From an uncultured virus (IMG/VR IMGVR_UViG_2061766007_000575) (taxonomy: Duplodnaviria; Heunggongvirae; Uroviricota; Caudoviricetes), in the IMG/VR virus record IMGVR_UViG_2061766007_000575: 58,636 nucleotides of DNA. One strand, 5' to 3'. The first letter of the stretch is position 1. Each line of letters begins with the position of its first letter. Of the stretch, positions 1-9,718 are shown in pieces. Below the pieces are notes generated by a model. That model had not been told where the DNA came from, ran no database searches, and worked only from the letters and a program-made list of their open reading frames with translations. A program made the translations under genes and the position numbers.

Positions 1-415
1 GCGCCGTAGGTCTTCCAAACCTCATTCCATATATGTATTATTTTTGGAAGAAGGACTGCGAAGAAGGATATGCGACAAAAAGTCCAGAATATCACCAGAA
101 ACAGCAAATTCAACGCTTTATCTATGCCATAAATCAGCCCTATGTACGCGATGGTATGCAAAGTGCTNNNNNNNNNNNNNNNNNNNNNNNNNNNNNNNNN
201 NNNNNNNNNNNNNNNNCTATTTGGTGGCGCGCAATTCCCCGATGGTAGTTTTATGATTGATAAGCTTGAAGAAATTTGTGAATTTCAAAAAGTATTTATG
301 GAAGAAGCAGCTGAAATCCGCTCCCATAATATGATGACTTTCCCTGTCTTAACAATTTCACTTTTACGACAGAATGGTAAATTTGCAGATGAAGAATTTG
401 CGCGCTGGGCAATTA
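1..415 (+). CDS. nrdD: Anaerobic (class III) ribonucleotide reductase, internal fragment spanning an N-gap
   Basis: AVGLPNLIPY...QRFIYAINQPYVRDGMQSA...LFGG..FPDG...MMTFPVLTISLL resembles NrdD core; truncated by window edge and gap. Confidence 0.75.
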
Positions 416-426
416 ANNNNNNNNNN

Positions 427-729
427 TACTTGGATAAAAAATTTACACAAGAAGAGAGAAGCAAAGCGTCAAGAAGAACGGAAAGAAGCTCTTAAACCTT
501 TAGTTAATGCATTAGAAGAAATAAAGGCTATAGATACGACACAGAATCAAAAACTTGACAATCTTCTTCAATCAAGTAATGATACTTTAAGAATTGAATT
601 ACTCCGTATGTATTTTAATTATCGTCCCTATAAAAAGATACCTCAATGGGCTAAAGAAGCTGCGGTAAAACTCCATGATGACTATGTAAAGCAAGATGGA
701 AACACCTTCGTCCAAGATTTATGGGTGCA
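427..729 (+). other. Gap-bounded variant copy of part of the 2962..3426 gene
   Basis: Near-identical DNA/protein (KNLHKKREAKRQEERKEALKPL...) between two 10-N gaps. Confidence 0.85.
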
Positions 730-739
730 NNNNNNNNNN

Positions 740-1091
740 TCTTAAAGATTTATTAACTGATTGGGGAGATGTTCCTTTTAAAGAAGTTGAAAAAGATTTA
801 AGAGTTTGGGTTTTTAGCTTTGAACAATTTGGAATACCGACAAAAGATTGTTTCTATTTTATTCATTGTAGAGAACCAAAAGAAATACAAAAATTTGTGG
901 AGCGGATGGGCGCAGAGACCGTACTTATCCGGCGCGAAAGCGTCGAAAATGCGCTTCAGTCAAATCATGCTGATGCAGAAGTTTTTGACTTTGATTATGA
1001 TACTGTTATCGAAAATAATGGAAATTTAAAAGAGTTAAAAGATAGTGCGAAGAAATTTTTAAAAGAGAGAGGATGGAAGAAAAAATGGTAG
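740..1091 (+). CDS. Nucleotide monophosphate kinase-like protein, C-terminal part
   Basis: FIHCREPKEI...SNHADAEVFDFDYDTVIENNG resembles phage dNMP-kinase C-termini; N-terminus lost in gap. Confidence 0.5.
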
Positions 1092-1324
1092 GTTTTGTTG
1101 ATGGAATTGATTGGGTAGACTCTCCAGCAATGAAATATTGGTCATATCCCGCAGGTTATAAAAAGGACTCAAAAACCGAAATTCGNNNNNNNNNNTGAAA
1201 ATGCGCTTCAATCAAATCATGCCGATGCAGAAGTTTTTGACTTTGATTACGATACTGTAATCGAAAATAATGGAAACTTAAAAGAACTAAAAGATAGTGC
1301 AAAGAAATTTTTAAAAGAGAGAGG

Positions 1325-2452
1325 ATGGAAGAAAAAATGGTAGGTTTTGTTGATGGTTATGATTGGGTAAATTCTCCAGCGATGCTTTATTGGTCATATC
1401 CCGCAGGTTATAAAAAGGACTCAAAAGCAGAAATTCGTAACTTTATTTTTAGTGGAGATTACTGCGGCGCCCTCAAAGTAGACGGATACTATCAACGCCT
1501 CATAAAAGATGAAGATGGAAATTGTTTTATGATCGCGCGCAATAAAGATGTAAATGGAAACCCTATTAATAAACTTGAATGGATACCACAAATTAATTCT
1601 TTTATGGAGGCAATACCAAATGGAACAGTCTTCTTCTGCGAAGCATATCTCCCTGGAAATGAAGGTAGCCGTAAAATCACTTCTCTTCTTGGGTGTCTTA
1701 AAGATAAGTGCATACAGCGGCAGCGATCATCTCAGTACCTACATCTATATATTTTCGATGTTGCCGCATTCGACGGGGAAAACTATACCTCTCTTGGCAT
1801 GGAAAAGCGGATTGCAGCCCTCGATGTAATCCATGAGCGTTTTAAAGATGCGTGTGAATATGTAGATTGGGCAACATATTATTGGGGCAAGGAGCTTTGG
1901 GAAAAACTTCAAGAATATCTTGAAGAAGGACGAGAAGGAATTGTTCTTTATAAGAAAGATTGTCCTATTTATTTTAAAAGAACACCTGCACGCATGACAA
2001 TTAAAGTTAAAAAGGAAATTTCACAGACTATAGATTGTTTCTTTACTGGAAAATATCTCGCACCAACTTATAAATATGAAGGTAAAGAAATTGAAACATG
2101 GCCTTATTGGATTAATATGATTACAAAAGAAAAAATAAAAGGCGAAAAATATGTGGATTATTATAATGGCGCGCCAATTGAACCTATTACAAAACCTTTC
2201 TTTAATGATTGGGCGGGTAGCTTAGAGATTGGATTAGTTAAAGGGGATAAGGTTGTTCCGATTGGTTATTTGAGCAATTTAACCGAAGAAATTAAAGCTA
2301 ATCCTGATGAATATAAGGGTAAAGTAATTGAAGTCACTTGTATGGAAATTCAAGAAACTGGTGGTCTGCGCCATGCGAAAATGCTTGGTTTTAGAGACGA
2401 TTTAACTGTGCGCGATTGCACTTGGGAAAAAACCTTCGGAGATGAAAAATGA
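1325..2452 (+). CDS. ATP-dependent DNA ligase
   Basis: Motif I KxDG (ALKVDGYY), YIFDV, EGIVLYK, IKVKK, C-terminal OB fold with LRH...FRDD. Confidence 0.9.
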   Translation: MEEKMVGFVDGYDWVNSPAMLYWSYPAGYKKDSKAEIRNFIFSGDYCGALKVDGYYQRLIKDEDGNCFMIARNKDVNGNPINKLEWIPQINSFMEAIPNGTVFFCEAYLPGNEGSRKITSLLGCLKDKCIQRQRSSQYLHLYIFDVAAFDGENYTSLGMEKRIAALDVIHERFKDACEYVDWATYYWGKELWEKLQEYLEEGREGIVLYKKDCPIYFKRTPARMTIKVKKEISQTIDCFFTGKYLAPTYKYEGKEIETWPYWINMITKEKIKGEKYVDYYNGAPIEPITKPFFNDWAGSLEIGLVKGDKVVPIGYLSNLTEEIKANPDEYKGKVIEVTCMEIQETGGLRHAKMLGFRDDLTVRDCTWEKTFGDEK

Positions 2453-2547
2453 TATTGGATATAAGTTCTTTTATTTTAGGTCTTGTGACTGCTTTTCTTG
2501 TTAGTATTGTAGCAGTTTGGATTAATGAAAATTATCATTCTAAATGA
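2449..2547 (+). CDS. Small membrane peptide (32 aa)
   Basis: MILDISSFILGLVTAFLVSIVAVWINENYHSK; start and stop overlap the neighbouring genes (ATGA coupling). Confidence 0.6.
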   Translation: MILDISSFILGLVTAFLVSIVAVWINENYHSK

Positions 2548-2909
2548 GTTCTTATGAAGATAAAATAGTTCGTGTACTCCGCGCCGGATCCATAAAATTT
2601 GTGCGTGAAAAGACTTTTGAGGACTTGAAAAAAGGTCGCTATCGTTTCGATTTTTATATACCCGCGCGCCGAATACTTATAGAAGTAGACGGACAGTATC
2701 ATTGGAATCCTATTAGAGGTTATCCGGCTCTTCTAAAACAAAAAGAACACGATCGACGGAAAAATTCATATTGTCTGGCGCATAATATACCTCTTTATCG
2801 TGTACCTTATTGGGAAATTGATAATATTAAACAGGTAGGGGATATATTTCAAAAGAAATTTTTAGTAAAAACTAAATTTCATAACGATTTACTTAAAATA
2901 CCAAAATAA
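2544..2909 (+). CDS. DUF559/Vsr-like PD-(D/E)XK endonuclease
   Basis: RFDFYIP...LIEVDGQYH...HDRRKNSYC..HNIPLYRVPY. Confidence 0.8.
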   Translation: MSSYEDKIVRVLRAGSIKFVREKTFEDLKKGRYRFDFYIPARRILIEVDGQYHWNPIRGYPALLKQKEHDRRKNSYCLAHNIPLYRVPYWEIDNIKQVGDIFQKKFLVKTKFHNDLLKIPK

Positions 2910-2961
2910 TATATTCATTTACAAAAATCTCCACTTTTATTTGTACGTGGAGGTGAGTGAA

Positions 2962-3426
2962 TTGTCTATTCAAGACCTTTTGAAGGTAGATAATGTCGCA
3001 GTAATGATAGGAAGCCTATTGGTAATTTTTTGGGGAATATGGCAAATTATTGAAAAAGCTTTTGGAAGTACCACTTGGGTAAAAAATTTACACAAAAAGA
3101 GAGAAGCAAAGCGTCAAGAAGAACGGAAAGAAGCCCTTAAACCTTTAGTTGAAGCACTAGAAGAAATAAAGGCTATAGATACAACACAGAATCAAAAACT
3201 TGACAATCTTCTTCAATCAAGTAATGATACTTTAAGAATTGAATTACTTCGTATGTATTTTAACTATCGTCCCTATAAAAAGATACCTCAATGGGCTAAA
3301 GAAGCTGCAGTAAAACTCCATGACGACTATGTAAAGCAAGATGGAAACACCTTCGTCCAAGATTTATGGGTGCAAATGTCAACGTGGGAAGTAGTTCCTG
3401 GAGAGGAAGATTTAAAAATAGAATAA
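2962..3426 (+). CDS. Single-TM membrane protein (holin-like)
   Basis: GGAGGTG RBS before TTG; N-terminal hydrophobic helix, coiled coil, Y...GN.F C-terminus. Confidence 0.6.
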   Translation: MSIQDLLKVDNVAVMIGSLLVIFWGIWQIIEKAFGSTTWVKNLHKKREAKRQEERKEALKPLVEALEEIKAIDTTQNQKLDNLLQSSNDTLRIELLRMYFNYRPYKKIPQWAKEAAVKLHDDYVKQDGNTFVQDLWVQMSTWEVVPGEEDLKIE

Positions 3427-3446
3427 AGAAAGAAGTAGAGGAGAAA

Positions 3447-3486
3447 TTTGATTTTCTCCTCTATTTTTGTTATAATATATATAGAA
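3447..3486 (+). promoter_or_regulatory. Sigma-A-type promoter TTGA-N~19-TATAAT-ATATATAGAA; recurs at ~7195, 8349, 11024, 17387, 33558, 36030, 38250, 38755, 51997
   Basis: Same motif repeated upstream of many + strand units. Confidence 0.8.
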
Positions 3487-3511
3487 TAAATAATAGGAGT
3501 TTATAGAAAGG

Positions 3512-4498
3512 ATGGAAAATTATGGTATTCTTATTTTACTCCTTTTAGTTTGTTTTATCTTTCTTTATTTATTTAGTAGACAAAAGAAAAAATATCAAGA
3601 ATTAAAGAACTTACAAGACACAGAAATAAAGAAAAGATTTGAAGAAGAAAATAAAACTTTTATTGAAAATTATCGGATAATACAGGATAAAAAGAATAGA
3701 GAGATAGGGCAACTAGAGGAAATAAAACAACAGGTTCAGCGAGAAATTAATGAAAAGCAAAATTTTAATAATTCGCTCTTTAAAGTAAGAGAAGAAGAAC
3801 TAAATCGCTTGATTGAGGAAAAGCGCAAAGAAAAAGAGCAAACAATGTTAGTTTTGCTTGAAAAAGAAAAACAAGAAAAAATAGAGCAATATAATCAAGA
3901 AACGGGCCGGATTATAGCGGATCAGTTAGTTTTAAAGGCTTCTTATCAGGCGCAAGTTGATGAAATTAAGAAAGAATTAGATGAATTTTCTGAAAAACGG
4001 TTAGCTATTAATGAAGCCATACGTAGAGAGCGCGAACTGGAAGAAGCAGAAGATTTTTATAGGATAGATGTGCCGCAAGAAGATCAAGAGGATATTGAAG
4101 TTTTAAATACTATCGCTCCGCGCCTTCGAAACAAAGAAGCTCTCAATAAATTGATTTATTCTGTATTTATACAGCGTCCAATGGATGAAATGATTAAAAG
4201 GATTACAGGTGGGCGCGATATAAGTGGAATTTATAAGATTACTTATTTAAAAACAGGCGAAGCCTATATTGGAAAAACAACAAATATAAAGAAAAGATGG
4301 GGTGAGCATGTAAAATCAGCTCTTGATATAGGGACGATCGCGCACTCCTCTTTCCATAATAGATTAAAGAAGGATGGGCTTTGGAATTATACTTTTGAAG
4401 TTTTGGAAGAAGTACCAAAAGAACAGCTTACAGAACGAGAGAAATTTTATATACAGTTATATGGAACTGATACACAGCTTAATATGAAGGTTGGTTAA
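3512..4498 (+). CDS. Membrane-anchored coiled-coil protein with C-terminal GIY-YIG nuclease domain
   Basis: N-terminal TM; SGIYKITYLKTGEAYIGKT..IKKRWGEH...EREKFYI...LN. Confidence 0.85.
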   Translation: MENYGILILLLLVCFIFLYLFSRQKKKYQELKNLQDTEIKKRFEEENKTFIENYRIIQDKKNREIGQLEEIKQQVQREINEKQNFNNSLFKVREEELNRLIEEKRKEKEQTMLVLLEKEKQEKIEQYNQETGRIIADQLVLKASYQAQVDEIKKELDEFSEKRLAINEAIRRERELEEAEDFYRIDVPQEDQEDIEVLNTIAPRLRNKEALNKLIYSVFIQRPMDEMIKRITGGRDISGIYKITYLKTGEAYIGKTTNIKKRWGEHVKSALDIGTIAHSSFHNRLKKDGLWNYTFEVLEEVPKEQLTEREKFYIQLYGTDTQLNMKVG

Positions 4499-5538
4499 AT
4501 GGAATTTATAAGTGATTTACAAAAAGAAATAATTGAAGCTAAAGATAAAAATATTTGTGTTTTTAGTGTCGCAGCTAGCGGCAAGACAACGGTTTTAACG
4601 GAACGAGTTAAATATTTATTGAAAAATGGTGTTGATCCGGAATCAATTGTCGTCTTTACTTTTACTAATGCGGCCGCAGAAGAAATGAAAAAGAGAATTG
4701 GAGCAGTCGGCGCCAAGTGCTTTATTAATACCGTTCATGCTTACGCTTATTATCTTTTGACTAAAAATGGAATTGATACAAGTACAGCTATAAATGAGGA
4801 AGATTTTGATGAATTCTTTCATTTAATTCAATTACATCCAGAAGTTATTGAACCAGTTGAGCATCTATTATTAGATGAAGCGCAGGATTCAAACTTACTT
4901 CAATTTCAATTCATTCTAAAAATGATAAAACCGGCGCATTGCTTCATAGTTGGAGACGCTCGTCAATCAATCTACGGATTCAATGGCGGCCGACCAGATA
5001 TTTTAGTCGCTATTGCAAATGATTCTAATTTTACTGTTTATGAGTTAAATAAGAATTATCGTAATGGCCCGCGCATTTTAAATTTTGCTAAAAAGATTAT
5101 AAAAGGAAATAGAATCGAAGATACTGATATTGAGCTTTATGATACTTCTGTTTGTATGAAGATGGGTGAATTAGATTTAGTGACTGAAGTTGAGTATTTG
5201 CCTAGTCGAGTTATAAAAGCGATTCAAGATGATCCGCAATATGGTAATTGGTTTGTTTTAACTAGATCTAATGACCAGCTTGATAATGTAATGAGATATT
5301 TAACTAAGGCTGAAATTCCTTGCGATACTTTTAAAAGAAGTCAGCTTAGTTCAACTGAGTTTCAAGAGAAGATGGCGGCGAATACAGTAAAAGTTTTAAC
5401 AGTTCATTCTGCTAAAGGGCTTGAAGCTGACAATGTAATTGTAATTGGTGTTGCAAAATTTAGCATTAATCCAGAAGAAAGACGAGTAGCTTATGTTGCG
5501 GCGACTCGTGCGCGCAAGAAATTAATTTGGATGAGGAC
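4499..5538 (+). CDS. UvrD/Rep-like SF1 helicase (C-terminus seen in variant copy 6850..7189)
   Basis: AASGKTT, TFTNAAA.EM, LLDEAQD, VGDARQSIYGF, NYRN, TVHSAKGLE, YVAATRAR. Confidence 0.92.
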
Positions 5539-5639
5539 NNNNNNNNNNNNNNNNNNNNNNNNNNNNNNNNNNNNNNNNNNNNNNNNNNNNNNNNNNNNNN
5601 NNNNNNNNNNNNNNNNNNNNNNNNAAAAAGGAGAAAAAG

Positions 5640-5843
5640 ATGAGAAATATAGCAAGAATTCCTCATGTTTGTAATAAAATTGCCGATCTTTGGATTAATA
5701 ATTGTCCAGATTGGCGTTTTATGCAGTTTATAAGTAATTTTATGCGTTGGCTTGGTAGTGACGGTTTCTATCTTGAAGATGATAAACTTATTGAAATGAT
5801 GGAACTTTTTATAAAGGAGTTGAATGAAGATGGGTCTCGATAA
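5640..5843 (+). CDS. Hypothetical protein (67 aa)
   Basis: GGAG RBS; MRNIARIP...PDWRFMQ. Confidence 0.7.
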   Translation: MRNIARIPHVCNKIADLWINNCPDWRFMQFISNFMRWLGSDGFYLEDDKLIEMMELFIKELNEDGSR

Positions 5844-5893
5844 CTCTAATTTTATTATGGGATGAAAATTATCGAATCCCATATTTAATTTCT

Positions 5894-5908
5894 TACTTAT
5901 AAATAGAA
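5894..5908 (+). promoter_or_regulatory. Putative phage late-type promoter motif TACTTWTWWWTAG (also 8651, 13485, 15726, 17698)
   Basis: Recurs just upstream of RBSs of both homing-type nucleases and of virion-type genes; no sigma-A -35/-10 there. Confidence 0.5.
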
Positions 5909-5926
5909 AGAAAAAGGAGGTTAAAT

Positions 5927-6676
5927 ATGGGAAAATTCATAGATATGACTGGTTGGCATATGTGGGAGCATGGTCAACCAAAGAGTCATATAACTGTATT
6001 AAAAAGAGATACCGAGTTTGATAAAAAACGAAACGGCCGCCCCATCCGTTGGATTTGTAAATGTGAATTGTGCGGTACAATTAAATCAATTGAAGGTGCA
6101 GAACTACGTCGCACTAAAAAACCTACTTTATCATGTGGATGTGAAGCAGAAAAGAAACATAAAGAATTTGGAAAAGTTACTTTTAGAGATTTGACGAATC
6201 AACGATTTGGAAATCTAATTATTATATGTAAAGTTGGAACTAATAAATATGGGTATGCTCTTTGGAAATGTCAATGTGATTGTGGTAATTCTTGTATTGT
6301 ATCAAGTAGAGAATTATTAAATAAAGAAACTACATCTTGTGGATGTTTAAAAAATTCTACTCGTGAATTTTATATAAATAAATGGTTAAATGAGCATAAT
6401 ATAAAGTATATACCAGAATATTCATATTATGACCTTAAAGATAAATTACCTTTAAGATTTGATTTTGCTATTCAAAAAAATGGGCAGATTATTGCCTTAA
6501 TTGAACATCAAGGAAGACAACATTATGAAGGTAACTGGTGTACAGAAACATTACAATTGCATGATAACATGAAAAAGGAATATTGTTTAAATCATAATAT
6601 CCCTTTATATGAAATTAAATATAATGAAAACTATTTAGTACGGTTAGAACAGATTTTTCAAGAGATTGGTTATTAA
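5927..6676 (+). CDS. Free-standing homing-type endonuclease (two Cys-rich Zn repeats + DUF559-like nuclease)
   Basis: WICKCELCG..SCGC and WKCQCDCGN..TSCGC repeats; LRFDFAI..LIEHQGRQHY; absent from the variant haplotype at 7190-7260. Confidence 0.75.
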   Translation: MGKFIDMTGWHMWEHGQPKSHITVLKRDTEFDKKRNGRPIRWICKCELCGTIKSIEGAELRRTKKPTLSCGCEAEKKHKEFGKVTFRDLTNQRFGNLIIICKVGTNKYGYALWKCQCDCGNSCIVSSRELLNKETTSCGCLKNSTREFYINKWLNEHNIKYIPEYSYYDLKDKLPLRFDFAIQKNGQIIALIEHQGRQHYEGNWCTETLQLHDNMKKEYCLNHNIPLYEIKYNENYLVRLEQIFQEIGY

Positions 6677-6849
6677 AGGCGGTGTTGACTTATCGGACTT
6701 GACAATGGTTTTGTAGTTAAAAGCAATAAAAGAAAAATTACAAGAGACGATCTCCCTTCTGAAATTTTATATCCTTTTGACGAAGATTTTAATGATAGTC
6801 CAGAAATTCTCTATTGGCGAAAAAACTGGGGACTTCGAGNNNNNNNNNN

Positions 6850-7189
6850 CCCGCAATATGGTAATTGGTTCGTTTTAACCAGATCTAATGACCAGCTTGA
6901 TAATGTAATGAGATATTTAACTAAAGCTGAAATTCCTTGCGATACTTTTAAAAGAAGTCAGCTTAGTTCAACTGAGTTCCAAGAGAAGATGGCGGCGAAT
7001 ACAGTAAAAGTTTTAACTGTCCATTCTGCTAAAGGGCTTGAAGCTGATAATGTAATTGTAATTGGTGTTGCAAAATTTAGTATTAATCCAGAAGAAAGAC
7101 GAGTTGCTTATGTTGCGGCGACTCGTGCGCGCAAGAAATTAATTTGGATGAGGACACAAAAGAAGAAAAAGTTTGAGCGTTGGGAGTAA
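6850..7189 (+). CDS. Variant copy of UvrD helicase 3' end with true stop
   Basis: Near-identical to 5233-5538; ends KKKFERWE*. Confidence 0.85.
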
Positions 7190-7267
7190 TAAATTTGCAA
7201 TTTTAAAAAATTTTTGATATAATATATATAGAATTGAAAAGGAGAAAAAGAAAGGCGGTGTTGACTT

Positions 7268-7681
7268 ATCGGACTCGATAATGGTATTGTTGTAAAAAGC
7301 GATAAAAGAAAAATTACAAGAGACGATCTTCCTTCTGAAATTTTATATCCTTTTGACGAAGATTATAATGATAGTCCAGAAATTCTCTATTGGCGAAAAA
7401 ACTGGGGACTTCGAGGCTTTATTGTTCATTATTTAAATGCTATAGGCAATAAGGTTGAAGAAGGTATATATGTTATAGAAACCTATTATGAAATCTTTGA
7501 TATAGTAGATATAATTTTTCACTTCTTAGATAAAGAAGTCTGGGAAGAAGAAGGCGAATCAATTTGGGAATATGAAGAAGTAAAAGAGCGTCTTCAAAAT
7601 GATATTGTGAACTTGGTTCTCATGATTCCTTTTATGAAGGAAAACCCTGATGTTTATCTTGAGTTTTATGACTCATATTAA
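7268..7681 (+). CDS. Hypothetical protein with probable ATC start (partial copy at 6692..6839)
   Basis: 137-codon open frame (I/M)GLDNGIVVKSDKRK...YWRKNWGLR...FYDSY*; SD AGGCGGTG 7 nt upstream; in-frame TGA two codons before ATC. Confidence 0.75.
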   Translation: MGLDNGIVVKSDKRKITRDDLPSEILYPFDEDYNDSPEILYWRKNWGLRGFIVHYLNAIGNKVEEGIYVIETYYEIFDIVDIIFHFLDKEVWEEEGESIWEYEEVKERLQNDIVNLVLMIPFMKENPDVYLEFYDSY

Positions 7682-7695
7682 GTGAGGTGAGTTAG

Positions 7696-7995
7696 TTGGC
7701 GCGAACTGTTATAGATGAAGAAACAAAGATTAAAATTAATGAACTTTACTTAAAAATTGGAACTTATAGTGGTGTCGCTAAAGAGATAGGCTGCGCGCCG
7801 ACTACAGTCAAGAAGTACATAATTCCAAATTTTGTGCCGCGGGCGGAAATTCAGAAGAAAATATTTCAACGAGAGGATCTGCCGGAATTTTCAGTTGAAG
7901 GTCTTAAAAATATTGAAAACTGGGGCAGTCTTTGTTTACTTTCTGATGAAGAAAAAGAAGAAATTCATGAACTTTGGAAGGAGCTGATAATTTAA
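7696..7995 (+). CDS. HTH DNA-binding protein
   Basis: GTYSGVAKEIGCAPTTVKKY HTH. Confidence 0.7.
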   Translation: MARTVIDEETKIKINELYLKIGTYSGVAKEIGCAPTTVKKYIIPNFVPRAEIQKKIFQREDLPEFSVEGLKNIENWGSLCLLSDEEKEEIHELWKELII

Positions 7996-8393
7996 TGAGA
8001 AAAGTCTTTTATATGGATGAATCAGCTACCAACCCCGGAAAATATCTCATAAGAGTTAATGTAGATTTGATTCCTTTTAAAACTACAATAGGAAGCCTTG
8101 CCGTATTGCCCGCGCGCCTTCTAAACTTGTCTTATGCACAGTATCTGCGTTTTTGTAGGGATATAGTTGGCGCAGAGATTCATGGAAAAAATTGTTTATA
8201 TCCTATTGCTTATTTTAAACGCGATATGGTTTTTGAACAGTTGATAAAGCTTTTAAATGCACGAACTGAATTTGTGCTTTGGGAAGATGAACACCCTAAC
8301 TATCAGGAGCATGAGCGTGCACTTCGTGATTTTGATAGAAAGAGAAATTTGAAAAATTTAGAAAAATCAGATATAATAAATATAGAAAGTTGA
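7995..8393 (+). CDS. Hypothetical protein
   Basis: ATG overlaps upstream stop; open frame. Confidence 0.7.
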   Translation: MRKVFYMDESATNPGKYLIRVNVDLIPFKTTIGSLAVLPARLLNLSYAQYLRFCRDIVGAEIHGKNCLYPIAYFKRDMVFEQLIKLLNARTEFVLWEDEHPNYQEHERALRDFDRKRNLKNLEKSDIINIES

Positions 8394-8607
8394 GAGAGAG
8401 AAGTTATTTCTTATTCCTTTCTTTTCAAACTTCTCTCTCTTATCCTTAAATGTAAACCTACGCATCGCGGTTCCAAGTCCGCAGGTAGAATGGTGAGGAC
8501 AGTTAAGGGTTACTGAATAATTCTGGGTGGAGTAGCTGGCCATCAGTACATAAATACCAGCTCTTTTTATTTGCCGCTGTGGTGGAATAGGCAGACACTG
8601 CAGACTT

Positions 8608-9344
8608 CAGGCAGAGGCATTAAAATTTTATATTTAGTCTTCCAAAAGATTACTTATAATTAGAAGTCAAAAAGGAGGTTCTAATTATGAGTAATAAAGC
8701 AAAGTGGAGAAATTTTTCTAAAGAAGAATTACAACAATTCGTATTAGATTCTATTTCTTTTAGAGAATTGGCTGGAAAATTAGGTTATGTTAAAGATGGA
8801 GGGGGAACTATTACTTCTTTACATAAAATGTGTGAAGAATATGGTTTTGATACTTCTCATTTTAAAGGGCAATCTTGGAATAAAGAAAACTATGACTATT
8901 CTTTATTTACAAAAGATTCAATAAAAAAGAATGGTATAACCACTTTAAAGCCTTTAATCAAATTAAGAGGTAGAAAATGTGAATGTTGTGGTTTGGAAGA
9001 ATGGTTAAATCAACCAATTAATTTAGAAATACACCATATTAATGGTGACCGAACGGATAATTCTTTAGAAAATTTACAATTACTTTGTCCTAATTGTCAT
9101 TCTTATACTGATAATTGGAGAGGAAGAAAAGGTGCTAATGCTACGGAGCACTAGGATAGGAAACTTCCTATGTGAATGCTGGCTAATTCGGTGAAAGCCT
9201 TACTGAGGTAACGCCGAGCTAAATTCAATAAATGTTGATAAATGTGTAGAGACTATATACCAGCCACCTAAACAGAAATGCATGGTGAAGACATAGTCCA
9301 GACTACAACGGAGTAATCCGGCTATGGTGACATAGAGTAGTAAG
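8608..9344 (+). mobile_element. Group I intron (IC3/trnL-like) carrying an HNH ORF
   Basis: 5' exon ends in U, intron ends in G; P AATTCGGTGAAA, Q AACGCCGAGC, R GTGTAGAGACTA, S AAGACATAGTCC; IGS GGAG at ~9145 pairs with CUU|C. Confidence 0.92.
8687..9154 (+). CDS. Intron-encoded HNH homing endonuclease
   Basis: CECCG...LEIHHINGDRTDNSLENLQLLCPNCHS; AAGGAGG RBS. Confidence 0.92.
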   Translation: MSNKAKWRNFSKEELQQFVLDSISFRELAGKLGYVKDGGGTITSLHKMCEEYGFDTSHFKGQSWNKENYDYSLFTKDSIKKNGITTLKPLIKLRGRKCECCGLEEWLNQPINLEIHHINGDRTDNSLENLQLLCPNCHSYTDNWRGRKGANATEH

Positions 9345-9718
9345 AAAATCTGCTGCCCATTAGGGCGTGCCGGTTCGAGTCCGGCCAGCGGCACCAAATG
9401 ACCTATTCCCAATAAGCGATAAGCCGTAGGTCAGAACTAAAAAATCTTAAATGTAGAAAACGAGAAGGAATAATCTTACATTTAAGTAATCGTTAATGAT
9501 TTTAGGAGTGCTATACTCCGAGGTACCCTTCGAGGATTGGAGCAACGAAGGTAAAAATAAAGTCCCCAAGATGTTTTTCGGTATCAGGACTAAACCGACG
9601 AAAGAGCCGAAGTGTTCGGTGGTATGGATCATGGCTAATATAGCTATAAGCCTACAATAATGACATTCTTTGAAAGTCGGCGAAAAAGAAAAAACCACCT
9701 TTTTAAGGAGAGAATAAA

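Larger units (their letters stand above)
8573..9396 (+). tRNA. tRNA-Leu(UAA), exons 8573-8607 and 9345-9396, interrupted by group I intron
   Basis: Joined exons give GCCGCTG...GCAGA-CTTAAAA-TCTGC, long variable arm, GGTTCGAGTCC, CAGCGGC-A-CCA. Confidence 0.95.
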
